This document shows, in pieces, positions 27,160-36,044 of a stretch of 64,000 nt of DNA. The DNA lies in assembly GCA_035627595.1 (NCBI GenBank), contig DASPLK010000001.1, forward strand, positions 69,619 through 133,618, written 5' to 3'. Origin of the DNA: Minisyncoccota bacterium. Its GTDB lineage: Bacteria; Patescibacteriota; Minisyncoccia; Phycocordibacterales; Phycocordibacteraceae. Below the pieces are notes generated by a model. That model was not told the origin of the DNA. It saw only the letters and a program-made list of their open reading frames with translations, and made no database searches. Made by a program: the position numbers and the translations under genes. How positions within the stretch are numbered: the first letter of the stretch is position 1; the number at the start of each line of letters is the position of its first letter.

Positions 27160-27930
27160 TTACTCACCTCCCCCGGAACGACGCCCAAAGCCCTCAAGAG
27201 CCTTCAAGATCTCCATAGGTACCGCAAAAACAACCGTATTGGACTGATCTGAGGATATATCGTTAATGGATTGCAGGGTTCTTAAGTGCAATGCTCCCGG
27301 AACATTCGATAGAACCTGTGCCGCTTGAGCCATATTCTGAGATGCTGCCAGCTCGCCTTCAGAGGTAATGATGACCGCGCGCTTCTCACGCTCGGCTTCC
27401 GCCTGTTTCGCGATGGTGCGTTCCATATTCTCGGGCAAGGAAACATCCTTCAATTCCACGTTTTGCACTTTGAGCCCCCAGGCATCGGTCTCAAGATCGA
27501 CGATCTCCCGAATACGGTCAGCGATACGGTCGCGGCTGGAGAGGAGCTCATCGAGCGTTACCTCACCAACGATATTACGCATGGTGGTCTGTGCGTATTG
27601 GCTGATTGCATAGCGGAAGTCCTCCACCACGACGATGGCTTTCTCAGCATCCGAAACGTTGTAGTAGATGACCGCGTTCACTCGTACCGGAACGTTGTCC
27701 TTAGTAATTGCGTTCTGATCCGGCACATCAACTGCTTTCGTGCGAATATCCACCTTCTGAAAGGTCTGAAAGACGGGGATGATAATGCGCCAACCCGGCT
27801 CCATGATTCCTGAGAACCGGCCCATAGTGAATCGCACGCCGCGTTCGTACTGATTTATCTGCTTGATGAGTGCGATAAGAACAACAATAGCTATTGGTAT
27901 TAGGATGGGAAGCGAGAATAGGAATTCCAT
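27160..27930 (-). CDS. SPFH/band-7 (stomatin/HflC-like) membrane protein
   Basis: N-terminal TM, SPFH core (RTKAVDVPDQNAITKDNVPVRVNAVIYYNV...), coiled-coil AEAEREKRAV. Confidence 0.85.
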   Translation of the reverse strand: MEFLFSLPILIPIAIVVLIALIKQINQYERGVRFTMGRFSGIMEPGWRIIIPVFQTFQKVDIRTKAVDVPDQNAITKDNVPVRVNAVIYYNVSDAEKAIVVVEDFRYAISQYAQTTMRNIVGEVTLDELLSSRDRIADRIREIVDLETDAWGLKVQNVELKDVSLPENMERTIAKQAEAEREKRAVIITSEGELAASQNMAQAAQVLSNVPGALHLRTLQSINDISSDQSNTVVFAVPMEILKALEGFGRRSGGGE

Positions 27931-28001
27931 ATGCTTCCATACTATCAGGGAAGCGTGTCACACGGGTGAAGCAATATTGTGCGAAATGCTAAGATTTACG
28001 T

Positions 28002-28919
28002 ATGGAAATAGAGAGCGCAAAGCGCCAGTTTCTCGAACACACGGAGATCGAGCGCGGCCGCGCGGTTAAAACGATCGAAAACTACGACCGATACCTCACC
28101 CGCTTCTTTCACTGGGGAGAAATAAAGGATACGAACCAAATAACGGAAGAGAAGGTGCGCGAGTTCCGGCTTTGGCTCAACCGGCAGCCAGGCGCTGGAA
28201 AGGACTCGATGAAGCGCAAAACCCAAAACTACTATCTCATTGCACTCCGCTCGTTCTTGAAGTTCCTCCGGAAGCGCGGTATCGATGGCATGTCTCCTGA
28301 GCGTATTGAACTTGCTAAGGTTCCTGAACGATCTCTCGACATCCTCACCTCCCAGGAGCTCGAACGACTCATGAGCGCGCCGATGGAGGCGTTCGCAAAG
28401 GAGGAAGATGAGTATAAACGGCTTACTTGCTTGCGTGATCGGGCAATCTTCGAACTTCTCTTCTCCACCGGACTTCGTGTTTCGGAGCTCTGTGCCCTAA
28501 ACTCCGACATCGATCTTTCACGAGACGAACTTTCGGTGCGCGGAAAGGGAGATAAAGTGCGTGTGGTATTCCTCTCCCCTGCTGCTAAAGATGCTGTACG
28601 CGCATACCTAAAGGAGCGTAAGGATATGGACGAGGCGCTATTCATGCATGGCAGACCAGCGAGCCTCCATCGCATCATTCCACGCGATATCCAGTTGCTG
28701 ATTAAGCGCTACGCTGCCCTTGCCGGCATCACGAGCAAAGTAACGCCGCATACCATACGCCACGCGTTCGCTACGGACCTTCTCTCAAACGGCGCTGATA
28801 TCAGGAGCGTGCAGGTTCTTTTGGGTCATGCCTCAATCAATACGACGCAGATCTACACTCACGTGACGGATGCGCACCTCAGAGAAGTGCATAAACGGTT
28901 CCATTCACGGCAGAAGTAA
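28002..28919 (+). CDS. xerC: tyrosine site-specific recombinase XerC/XerD family
   Basis: R...HxxR...Y catalytic pattern: HTIRHAFATDLL, LLGHASINTTQIYTHV. Confidence 0.85.
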   Translation: MEIESAKRQFLEHTEIERGRAVKTIENYDRYLTRFFHWGEIKDTNQITEEKVREFRLWLNRQPGAGKDSMKRKTQNYYLIALRSFLKFLRKRGIDGMSPERIELAKVPERSLDILTSQELERLMSAPMEAFAKEEDEYKRLTCLRDRAIFELLFSTGLRVSELCALNSDIDLSRDELSVRGKGDKVRVVFLSPAAKDAVRAYLKERKDMDEALFMHGRPASLHRIIPRDIQLLIKRYAALAGITSKVTPHTIRHAFATDLLSNGADIRSVQVLLGHASINTTQIYTHVTDAHLREVHKRFHSRQK

Positions 28920-29480
28920 CTAGTTGCCACCCACGCACGCGCTCGCACTACTCCAGTAGTTCCAGCTCCCGTTTGTGCCTGAATACTTGTTCTTGCAATA
29001 CCCCGGCAATTCCCCAGTCTCATACATGCCTTCGTAGTATCCGCCGTCATTAACACCAGGACCTGTACTTGATTCAAGAGTTACGCCAAGCGCATACATC
29101 TGCTTCGTTCCAACCGACTTGTATAGGTATCTACGATTAGCAGGAGGTGTTCCTGTGTCGCGTGGCAATGATGACATGTACGGGCTTAGCGCCTCTTCAA
29201 GATCGCACCAACCATTGCTGTAGCCGCAATGGTTGAACGTTCCTGACGATTCGTGTGGAGTCATCGCGTAGTAGTAGACCTCGGGGGTGCCCGGGTACAC
29301 ACCATGGTCACTATAGTAGAGCGCAAGTGCTTTCTGCATCTGCTGTATCTCTTGAACTCGAGCTGCATCACGTGCCTTCGCGCGAGCAGAGTTTAAGGAC
29401 ACGAGTACGGTAGCTGAAAGTATGCCGATGATCGCAATGACAACGAGTAGCTCAATCAGAGTAAAGCCTCTGGATCTCAT
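28920..29480 (-). CDS. type IV pilin (prepilin with class III signal peptide)
   Basis: MRSRG|FTLIELLVVIAIIGILSATVLVSL N-methylation/cleavage motif; ATG verified at 29480; the track ORF start 29630 is a spurious extension. Confidence 0.7.
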   Translation of the reverse strand: MRSRGFTLIELLVVIAIIGILSATVLVSLNSARAKARDAARVQEIQQMQKALALYYSDHGVYPGTPEVYYYAMTPHESSGTFNHCGYSNGWCDLEEALSPYMSSLPRDTGTPPANRRYLYKSVGTKQMYALGVTLESSTGPGVNDGGYYEGMYETGELPGYCKNKYSGTNGSWNYWSSASACVGGN

Positions 29481-29535
29481 TGAACCACTATAGCAATAGC
29501 GTACGGCAGTAATAGTCGTGCGATAGAATAAACAC

Positions 29536-30327
29536 ATGCGCATCGTCTCTTGGAATGTTAACGGCATCCGCGCCGTACACCGCAAAGGTCTGTTCCTCCC
29601 TTTCCTTAAGGAATTAAAGCCTGACATCATTTGCCTTCAGGAAACAAAGGCCGAGCAGCACCAATCGGAAGTAGATCTCATGGGATATGAGGAATACTGG
29701 CACTCTGCCAAGAAAAAGGGCTACAGCGGCACAGCCATCTTCACGAAACAGGTCCCGGAGGACGTGCTGTTCGGCATGCCTGTGGACATAGCAGAAAAAT
29801 ATTCCCTTTCAGACGATAGCTATGGAGATCCAAATGAGGAGGGCCGCGTTATTGCCGCAGATATGGGCGATTTTTATGTCGTCAGCGTGTACACGCCTAA
29901 CGCCAAAGATGACCTCTCTCGCCTATCACTTCGCCACAAGCAGTGGGATCCGGCCTTCCTTGAGTACATGAAGAGGCTCGAGGCTGAAAAACCCGTTATT
30001 TTCTGCGGTGATTTGAATGTTGCACATACTGAGGACGATCTCGCGCGACCCAAGGAGAACAAGGGTAAGAAGGGATTTACCGATGAAGAGCGAGTAGGAA
30101 TCAATACTATTATCGATTCCGGCTTTGTTGACTCATACCGCCTATTTACTAAAGGAAACGGCCACTATACGTGGTGGAGCCATTTTGCACAGGCGCGAGC
30201 CCGCAATGTCGGCTGGCGTATCGATTATATTTTTGTATCGAAAAAGTTATCCACAAAGGTAAAGAAAGCAGAGATACACGATGACATTCTCGGGTCAGAT
30301 CACTGCCCCGTCTCAATTACTCTTTAA
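29536..30327 (+). CDS. xth: exodeoxyribonuclease III (AP endonuclease, EEP fold)
   Basis: MRIVSWNVNGIRA..., LQETK, ...GWRIDYIFVS...SDHCPV. Confidence 0.9.
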   Translation: MRIVSWNVNGIRAVHRKGLFLPFLKELKPDIICLQETKAEQHQSEVDLMGYEEYWHSAKKKGYSGTAIFTKQVPEDVLFGMPVDIAEKYSLSDDSYGDPNEEGRVIAADMGDFYVVSVYTPNAKDDLSRLSLRHKQWDPAFLEYMKRLEAEKPVIFCGDLNVAHTEDDLARPKENKGKKGFTDEERVGINTIIDSGFVDSYRLFTKGNGHYTWWSHFAQARARNVGWRIDYIFVSKKLSTKVKKAEIHDDILGSDHCPVSITL

Positions 30328-30479
30328 GGACATAAAGGACATTATCCCCATGTATGTCCTTTACTATGTCCGATAGAGGATTAGTATGGTCTATAGGCCG
30401 TTCGGCAGGAAGGACTCGCGAGAGAACAACCTGCCTTACGGGGCGTGTTGATCTTTGAGAGCTCTTTCCTATCAGGTGC

Positions 30480-30775
30480 ACGTTTCATGTGTAACCAGCC
30501 GACCACGACCTTCGGGGCGTATCCCCTAAAACAAAAGAGGCTCTGGCTACGTTCCATGTGTAACAGCACAATTCATACAAAGCCGCCCGGGTATGCACTC
30601 TCGGGATGACCGCCAATCAATTTGCCCTCGCTCCAACTTTTGGTCATCTCACGCACAAATGCCTATGGCGGCTTTTGTTATATAGGGTTTTCACATGAAA
30701 CAAGAGAAAAACGGCCTAGTTAGGCCGTTTTCTATGTTCCACGTGAAAGATTCCTGCTCTGTTACACGTGAAAAC
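30480..30775. repeat. cluster of near-palindromic TTYCAYRTGRAA motifs (CACGTG core) in a convergent intergenic region
   Basis: sites at about 30486, 30553, 30689 (CACATG), 30740 (CACGTG) and 30765 (CACGTG); further copies inside cca at 31284, 31323 and 31540. Confidence 0.5.
30707..30733. terminator. bidirectional terminator AAAAACGGCC-tagtta-GGCCGTTTT
   Basis: about 45 nt 3' of the cca stop (minus strand) and about 380 nt 3' of the xth stop (plus strand). Confidence 0.6.
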
Positions 30776-32238
30776 TAGGATACGTGGTGCTTTTCTAAGA
30801 TCTTGCTCACCTCTTCCTCTTCTGCCAGCTCGCGCTTACGCTTTCCCGAGTCCCCTAACTCTTTAAGTTCGGTGTCAGGAAGTGCAAGAAGTTCCTTTGT
30901 TCTAGAGTCAAGATAATCCTCAGTATTATGCTTAGGGTCCTCAAGTACTTCTTCAAGAAGAGCGTTTAAGGTCCACCCGATGCGGGGACCCGGTTCCACA
31001 TGGAACATCTGCATGAGTCTTGAGCCGTCAGTCTTAAGCATGGTGACTGAAATGGGGTCGCGTAACGCCTGCTCGACCATAGCTTTGTACTTTCTGAACC
31101 TGAACGGCTGCTCCTTAGGCCTACCTGTGCCAATACGATCGCAAATGCGAAGGTTAAGTAGATCCCATATATTCTCCTCACCGACATTGCGGACCATGCG
31201 ACGAACGGCTGAAAGGGTAATTTGGTCCGGGTCTGAGAAGAACATGTGCCAACGGACCAGTTTTACTACCTTATCTATGGTTTCACGTGGAAACTTAAGG
31301 TCCTCAAGCACCTTCTTTGTTACACGTGAACCAACTACCTCATGCCCGTAGAAGGTCCAATCGCGCTTCTCATCTGACCAACGTCGCGTTTCTGGCTTGG
31401 ATACGTCGTGAAATAGGGCAGCGAGCCGTACTTCAAATGGCCAATCCTTGTCAGCGGCATGTTGTACGGCGCGCATGAGGTGTCCAAACACGTCGTAGCT
31501 ATGTGCCTGGTTCTGATCAATACCTATTCCACGTGAAAGATCCGGAGCTATGTGCTCAAGTAGTCCGAGCTGCTGGCATAGAATAAGCGCCATCATGGGC
31601 TGCTTTGAGTTAAGTATGCGTATAAACTCATCCCTAATGCGCTCTTTGGATATATGGCCTAGATTTGCTGCTTTCCCCTGTATGGCCGCTGCGGTGTCCG
31701 CATCCAACGCAAAGCCAAGCTCTGCGACCAGGCGCACAGCACGCATTAGGCGGAGAGCGTCTTCCTCAAAGCGCTCCTGGGGGTCTCCTACGGTCCGTAA
31801 TACCTGCGTCTCGATGTCCTTTTGTCCTTTATACGGGTCTATAATCTGTCCTTTAGCTTCGTCATAAGCTATGGCATTTATAGTGAAATCACGCCGAGCG
31901 AGATCATCCTCAAGATTGTCACCAAAACTAACTGAATCAGGACGGCGCTTGTCTGAATAACCTGTTTCAGTACGGTACGGGGTAACTTCTATGACTTTCA
32001 GACTTTCTTCTTCTGTTTCATGTAGAACACCCACCGTTCCGAAATCGTTTGTGTAGAAAGAGTCTGGAAATACTTCCTGTATCTGCTCAGGCGTGGCATT
32101 CGTGGTGACGTCCCAGTCCTTGGGTTTCCTGCCGAGGAAGATGTCACGGACGCAGCCGCCAACAAGGTATGCCTCAAAACCGGCTGTACGCAGCCGCTCG
32201 GTCACATCACGCACCTCATCAGGGACTTGTACGGTCAT
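30775..32238 (-). CDS. cca: CCA-adding tRNA nucleotidyltransferase (PolyA_pol head plus HD domain)
   Basis: LVGGCVRDIFLGRKPKDWDVTT..., RRDFTINA, HD motif HDVSKP; ATG verified at 32238; the track start 32502 is a spurious extension overlapping a tRNA. Confidence 0.85.
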   Translation of the reverse strand: MTVQVPDEVRDVTERLRTAGFEAYLVGGCVRDIFLGRKPKDWDVTTNATPEQIQEVFPDSFYTNDFGTVGVLHETEEESLKVIEVTPYRTETGYSDKRRPDSVSFGDNLEDDLARRDFTINAIAYDEAKGQIIDPYKGQKDIETQVLRTVGDPQERFEEDALRLMRAVRLVAELGFALDADTAAAIQGKAANLGHISKERIRDEFIRILNSKQPMMALILCQQLGLLEHIAPDLSRGIGIDQNQAHSYDVFGHLMRAVQHAADKDWPFEVRLAALFHDVSKPETRRWSDEKRDWTFYGHEVVGSRVTKKVLEDLKFPRETIDKVVKLVRWHMFFSDPDQITLSAVRRMVRNVGEENIWDLLNLRICDRIGTGRPKEQPFRFRKYKAMVEQALRDPISVTMLKTDGSRLMQMFHVEPGPRIGWTLNALLEEVLEDPKHNTEDYLDSRTKELLALPDTELKELGDSGKRKRELAEEEEVSKILEKHHVS

Positions 32239-32300
32239 TACAAAAAATACTAGTACGCAGGTGGCTATTCTCCTAGCTCTCCCGTAGTATTGGGAGTATT

Positions 32301-32372
32301 GCTCCTGTGGTGAAATGGATATCACAACTGTCTTCGGAACAGTCGTTCCAGGTTCGAGTCCTGGCGGGAGCA
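32301..32372 (+). tRNA. tRNA-Arg (anticodon TCG), no encoded CCA
   Basis: manual cloverleaf: acceptor GCTCCTG/CGGGAGC, D-arm GTGA-AATGGATA-TCAC, anticodon arm ACTGT-CTTCGGA-ACAGT, T-arm CCAGG-TTCGAGT-CCTGG, discriminator A. Confidence 0.75.
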
Positions 32373-32374
32373 CT

Positions 32375-33565
32375 ATGATGCGTGCGATAGGCGGAGTAGT
32401 GGGGGAGGAGCTCCGGAAGCGGTTCGGTACGCCTTTATACGTATATGACGCTTCTGTCGTATCGAAGCGAAGCAGAGAGCTCCTAGAGGCGTTTCCAGGC
32501 ATGCTGGTCCACTATGCAGTGAAAGCCAACGCCAATCCTGCGCTCCTTAAGATTATCAAAGAGGAAGGACTCGGTGCAGAAGCGGTAAGTCCGGGAGAGT
32601 TGCTTGTCGCAGAACATGCAGGATTCAAGAAGAAGGACATCAGCTTTACCGGCCCGAGTCTTACTGAGGCAGAATTGCGCTTCGTCGCGAATCGCGCAGG
32701 GCGAGTCCATTTGGATTCGCTTACGCAGCTGGAGACTTGGGGAAGGCTTAAGTTAGGGAGCACAGTATCCCTGCGCCTCAACCTCGGCATAGGTGCCGGA
32801 CACCATGCTCATGTGAAGACGGGAGGAGACGGTAGCAAGTTCGGCATAGTGCCGCGCGATATACCACATGCAAAGGAGAGGGCGGCGCGACACGGTCTAG
32901 CGATAACTGGCCTCCAGCAGCATATTGGCTCGCATGTGCCGGACGGCAGCGACTACATAGAGGGGGCGGCAGCGCTTCTCAAAGCTGCTCGAGAGTTCCC
33001 CGATGTCGTGCATGTAGATTTCGGCGGTGGGTTTGGTGTTCCATACCGCAGCGGAGAGAAGCAACTAAACCTGAAGAGGATCGGCAGGGAAGTGCTGCGG
33101 CTCGTACGGAACTTTGAGAGGCAGACGGGACGATCTGCGAGCTATGCGCTTGAGCCTGGGCGCTTTCCGATTGCTGAAGCGGGATACCTTCTCGTATCCG
33201 TGACTGATCGTAAGGAAACTGCCGCACATACATTCATTGGTGTAGATTCCGGGTTCAATCACCTCATCCGTCCCGCGCTCTATGGCGCGCACCATGAGAT
33301 AGAGAACATGAGCCGAATGAGTTATAGGAGGGAGAGCGTGACCATTGCAGGGAATATCTGCGAATCTGGCGACGTGTTCGCATGGAATCGAGGTATGCCT
33401 GTTCCCAAGATTGGAGATATCCTCGCTATAAAAAACGCAGGAGCATACGGGATTAGCATGGCCTCAACCTACAACCTCCGTGCGCTGCCGCAGGAGATTC
33501 TTATCAAGAACGGTAAGGTTAAGGACATTACCTTCGATCGATTCCCGTTCCTGGTCCGGCTCTAG
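32375..33565 (+). CDS. lysA: PLP-dependent (fold III) decarboxylase, diaminopimelate decarboxylase-like
   Basis: HYAVKANANPALLKII, EAVSPGELL, GGGFGVPY, CESGDVF; ATG at 32375 directly after the tRNA. Confidence 0.7.
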   Translation: MMRAIGGVVGEELRKRFGTPLYVYDASVVSKRSRELLEAFPGMLVHYAVKANANPALLKIIKEEGLGAEAVSPGELLVAEHAGFKKKDISFTGPSLTEAELRFVANRAGRVHLDSLTQLETWGRLKLGSTVSLRLNLGIGAGHHAHVKTGGDGSKFGIVPRDIPHAKERAARHGLAITGLQQHIGSHVPDGSDYIEGAAALLKAAREFPDVVHVDFGGGFGVPYRSGEKQLNLKRIGREVLRLVRNFERQTGRSASYALEPGRFPIAEAGYLLVSVTDRKETAAHTFIGVDSGFNHLIRPALYGAHHEIENMSRMSYRRESVTIAGNICESGDVFAWNRGMPVPKIGDILAIKNAGAYGISMASTYNLRALPQEILIKNGKVKDITFDRFPFLVRL

Positions 33566-33608
33566 CTCTGGAATTCTTTACAGGCTGTGTGCTATGATGC
33601 CTCTCGAA

Positions 33609-33679
33609 GCGGATATGGTTTAGTGGTAAAACGGGTCCTTGCCAAGGACCAGTCGGGAGTTCGATTCTCCCTATCCGCA
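33609..33679 (+). tRNA. tRNA-Gly (GCC), no encoded CCA
   Basis: acceptor GCGGATA/TATCCGC, anticodon loop TTGCCAA, T-loop TTCGATT; TGCTATGAT extended -10 upstream. Confidence 0.85.
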
Positions 33680-33686
33680 CCGGTAG

Positions 33687-33712
33687 CAAAAGCGCCCCTA
33701 CGGGCGCTTTTG
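33687..33712 (+). terminator. terminator AAAAGCGCCC-ctac-GGGCGCTTTT
   Basis: 10 bp inverted repeat plus T-run after tRNA-Gly. Confidence 0.6.
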
Positions 33713-33975
33713 CGTTATGCAGTAATTAGCACATAGAATTCAGGTTAGCTTCACCTAAAATAGCAAAATATGGCCTAGATAAGCCTTTTTATGCTTAAAG
33801 ACGCTTGGGGACAAGTCTGTTAATACTGGGGATAAAGGACATAGGACAACCCTGTGGATTTTGTGGATAGTCTCAAAGATAGGGCGCAGTTCTGCTACAT
33901 TTCAAAAGCACGACCGTATTGGACGAGCGTCATGCACTCCCGTTTCGGCCATAAACCTGATAGGATGAGCGGACT

Positions 33976-34046
33976 CGGGGCGTAGTGTAGTGGTAGCACG
34001 AGTCCTTTGGGAGGATTTAGCTCGAGTTCGAATCTCGGCGCCCCGA
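33976..34046 (+). tRNA. tRNA-Pro (TGG), no encoded CCA
   Basis: acceptor CGGGGCG/CGCCCCG, anticodon arm AGTCC-TTTGGGA-GGATT, T-loop TTCGAAT. Confidence 0.8.
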
Positions 34047-34095
34047 CAAGTACCACGTCACCCAGGCTTTAGCGTTGGTTGTGTATACCCGAAGT

Positions 34096-34869
34096 ATGAA
34101 GGTCTACTCCTGGAATGTGTATTGCTATAACCGCAAGCTACAAGCGGTATGTGATTTCATAGAGCGACTTGAGTTCGATGTCTTGTGTCTGCAGGAGGTG
34201 ACGCCAGAACTTCTCGAATGCCTTAAGGCGATGCCATACGAGATGGCATACCATACGGACGTCATTCGTCTTTACTCACCACGTAGAGAGGAGCTGAACT
34301 ACGTAGTTATTCTTTCCCGCCACCCCATGTCCTATAGGGGCACGCTCCAGTTTCCGGACTTCCCGTTCCCGAAGCATACGCGGTATTTCATCGCGCTCAT
34401 GACCGGACTCGGGTGGACACTCATAACGGAGCGCGGCTCGGTGTATGCGGATATTGAGATAGCAGGGAAGACGATACGCATCTTCTCGGCGCACCTCACG
34501 CTTTGGGGACCAAGCAACCGAAGCGAGGAGTTCCTTGAGCTCATGAAGCACGTAAAGAAAGACATGCCGACTATCATTGCGGGAGACTTCAACGTGATTG
34601 AGCACCCGCCCATGAAGATCATCAACTGGCTCCTCGGCGCACCGATCCAGGAAGCGCTGCCATGGTATCCGGAGCGCGCATTGTTTGAGGAGCGCTTCCT
34701 CCGCTACGGATTCAAGAATCCGCACCGCAGGAAGGTGACGCATGGGTTCTCAAAATCACAACTTGATCACATACTGCTCTCAAATGATCTTGTCGCAAAG
34801 AGCGCATGGGTCCTACCAGATCTCCATGGCTCGGACCACTATCCGGTCGGAGTGGAGATCGGGAAGTGA
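34096..34869 (+). CDS. endonuclease/exonuclease/phosphatase (EEP) family protein
   Basis: MKVYSWNVYCYN...LCLQEV...SDHYPV; the track start 34075 is TTG, the first ATG is at 34096. Confidence 0.7.
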   Translation: MKVYSWNVYCYNRKLQAVCDFIERLEFDVLCLQEVTPELLECLKAMPYEMAYHTDVIRLYSPRREELNYVVILSRHPMSYRGTLQFPDFPFPKHTRYFIALMTGLGWTLITERGSVYADIEIAGKTIRIFSAHLTLWGPSNRSEEFLELMKHVKKDMPTIIAGDFNVIEHPPMKIINWLLGAPIQEALPWYPERALFEERFLRYGFKNPHRRKVTHGFSKSQLDHILLSNDLVAKSAWVLPDLHGSDHYPVGVEIGK

Positions 34870-34908
34870 GTGCAGGAGGGAAGGGGGTGTGGTATTCTCG
34901 CCCTATCG

Positions 34909-34979
34909 CGGGATTAGTTTAATGGTAGAACAACAGTTTTCCAAACTGTGAGCAGGAGTTCGATTCTCCTATCCCGCAC
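34909..34979 (+). tRNA. tRNA-Gly (TCC), no encoded CCA
   Basis: acceptor GCGGGAT/ATCCCGC, anticodon loop TTTCCAA, T-loop TTCGATT; TGGTATTCT extended -10 upstream. Confidence 0.85.
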
Positions 34980-35072
34980 AACAACATCTAGCATCTTCAT
35001 CAAGATGCGCATGCTATCGTAAAGACATAAGCTGCTCGCGCGGCGCCGTTATTGTCCTCTAGTTTCATTCCT

Positions 35073-35957
35073 ATGAATCGAACACTGTACCTCATACCCA
35101 TTGTGCTTCTTGCAGGCATTCTTATTAGCGCCCCGGAGAGCGCGCATGCAGAGACTTGCTCCTTTACAGGAAATCTCGAACTTGGATACCAGGGTGAAGA
35201 GGTGCGCTGCCTTCAGCGGTACTTGAACTCGACCGGCTTCGTAGTCGCGACAGAGGGCGTTGGCTCCTCAGGCCAAGAGACGAGCTTGTACCGCGAGAAG
35301 ACAGTGGACGCTGTGCGTCGCTGGCAGACTGCATATGGGGTCTCACCAGCAACAGGCACGTTTGGCCCACTTTCTCAGGCTAAGTACCTCTCATTGGTAG
35401 GTACAACCGCACCCACCACTCCAACCACACCTACCCCTGTTCCGACGACCTCTTCAAGCGCGCAGGCAAAGGCACGTACTGCAATACAGTCCGCCATTAG
35501 CTCCATCGAAGATGTTGAGGACAAGGTTGAACAGGCAGACGATGCTGGATGGGATATCGACGAGGCTGAAGACTTTCTTCGAGATGCAGATGGAGACCTC
35601 CTAAACGCACTGTACGCGTTTATTGATGAGGACTATAGCGATGCGCTCGTGAGCGGCCAAAGCGCCCGAGATTTCGCCCGTAAGGCGCTCGATTCGCTTA
35701 CTACGGGCAATGACAGCGAGAACGCTGAAGATGCGCTTGAGAACGCTGAGGAGGCCATTGAGGACGCATGGGACGATGTAATCGAGGCAGAGAACGACGA
35801 TAAAGATGTCGATGAGGCAGAGGACCTCCTTGAGGAAGCGGAAGATCTCCTCGAAGAGGCCGAAGAGGCACTCGATGACGAAGACTACGACGATGTGGTT
35901 GAACTAGCGAACGATATCGATGACTTGGTAGAAGAGGCACTCGACAGTATCGATTAA
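35073..35957 (+). CDS. secreted protein with a peptidoglycan-binding (PG_binding_1-like) domain and acidic repeat C-terminus
   Basis: signal peptide MNRTLYLIPIVLLAGILISAPESAHA; LELGYQGEEVRCLQRYLN...AVRRWQ; C-terminal DEAEDLLEEAEDLLEEAEEALDDEDYDD repeats. Confidence 0.6.
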   Translation: MNRTLYLIPIVLLAGILISAPESAHAETCSFTGNLELGYQGEEVRCLQRYLNSTGFVVATEGVGSSGQETSLYREKTVDAVRRWQTAYGVSPATGTFGPLSQAKYLSLVGTTAPTTPTTPTPVPTTSSSAQAKARTAIQSAISSIEDVEDKVEQADDAGWDIDEAEDFLRDADGDLLNALYAFIDEDYSDALVSGQSARDFARKALDSLTTGNDSENAEDALENAEEAIEDAWDDVIEAENDDKDVDEAEDLLEEAEDLLEEAEEALDDEDYDDVVELANDIDDLVEEALDSID

Positions 35958-35977
35958 GAAGGACATATACGAACAGC

Positions 35978-36003
35978 AAAAGGCCCCGCATGGGGCCTTT
36001 TGC
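35978..36003 (+). terminator. terminator AAAAGGCCCC-gcat-GGGGCCTTTT
   Basis: perfect 10 bp stem flanked by A/T runs. Confidence 0.65.
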
Positions 36004-36044
36004 TGTTCGATTGCTTTTCACACTGAGAAGCGTACGCTTTTTAC

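Noticed and set aside
30381-30569. 62-aa minus-strand ORF in the xth/cca convergent spacer.
   Set aside because: It has no SD or promoter context and a Cys/Arg-rich composition. The region is better explained as non-coding, see the finding on the CACGTG palindrome family.
30328-30706. Possible tmRNA, SRP RNA or RNase P RNA in the convergent spacer.
   Set aside because: There is no tRNA-like 3' T-arm plus acceptor (tmRNA). There is no GGAA-capped AGCAGC helix-8 motif (SRP) beyond a weak CGGCAGGAAGGA resemblance. There is no P4 GGAAAGUCCGG/ACAGAAnCCGGCUUA pair (RNase P). I left the region as an unclassified candidate ncRNA only.
32239-32502. N-terminal extensions of cca (to 32502) and of lysA (from 32315).
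   Set aside because: Both extensions overlap a convincing tRNA-Arg, and the extension sequences lack family similarity. Internal ATGs at 32238 and 32375 fit the conserved N-termini.
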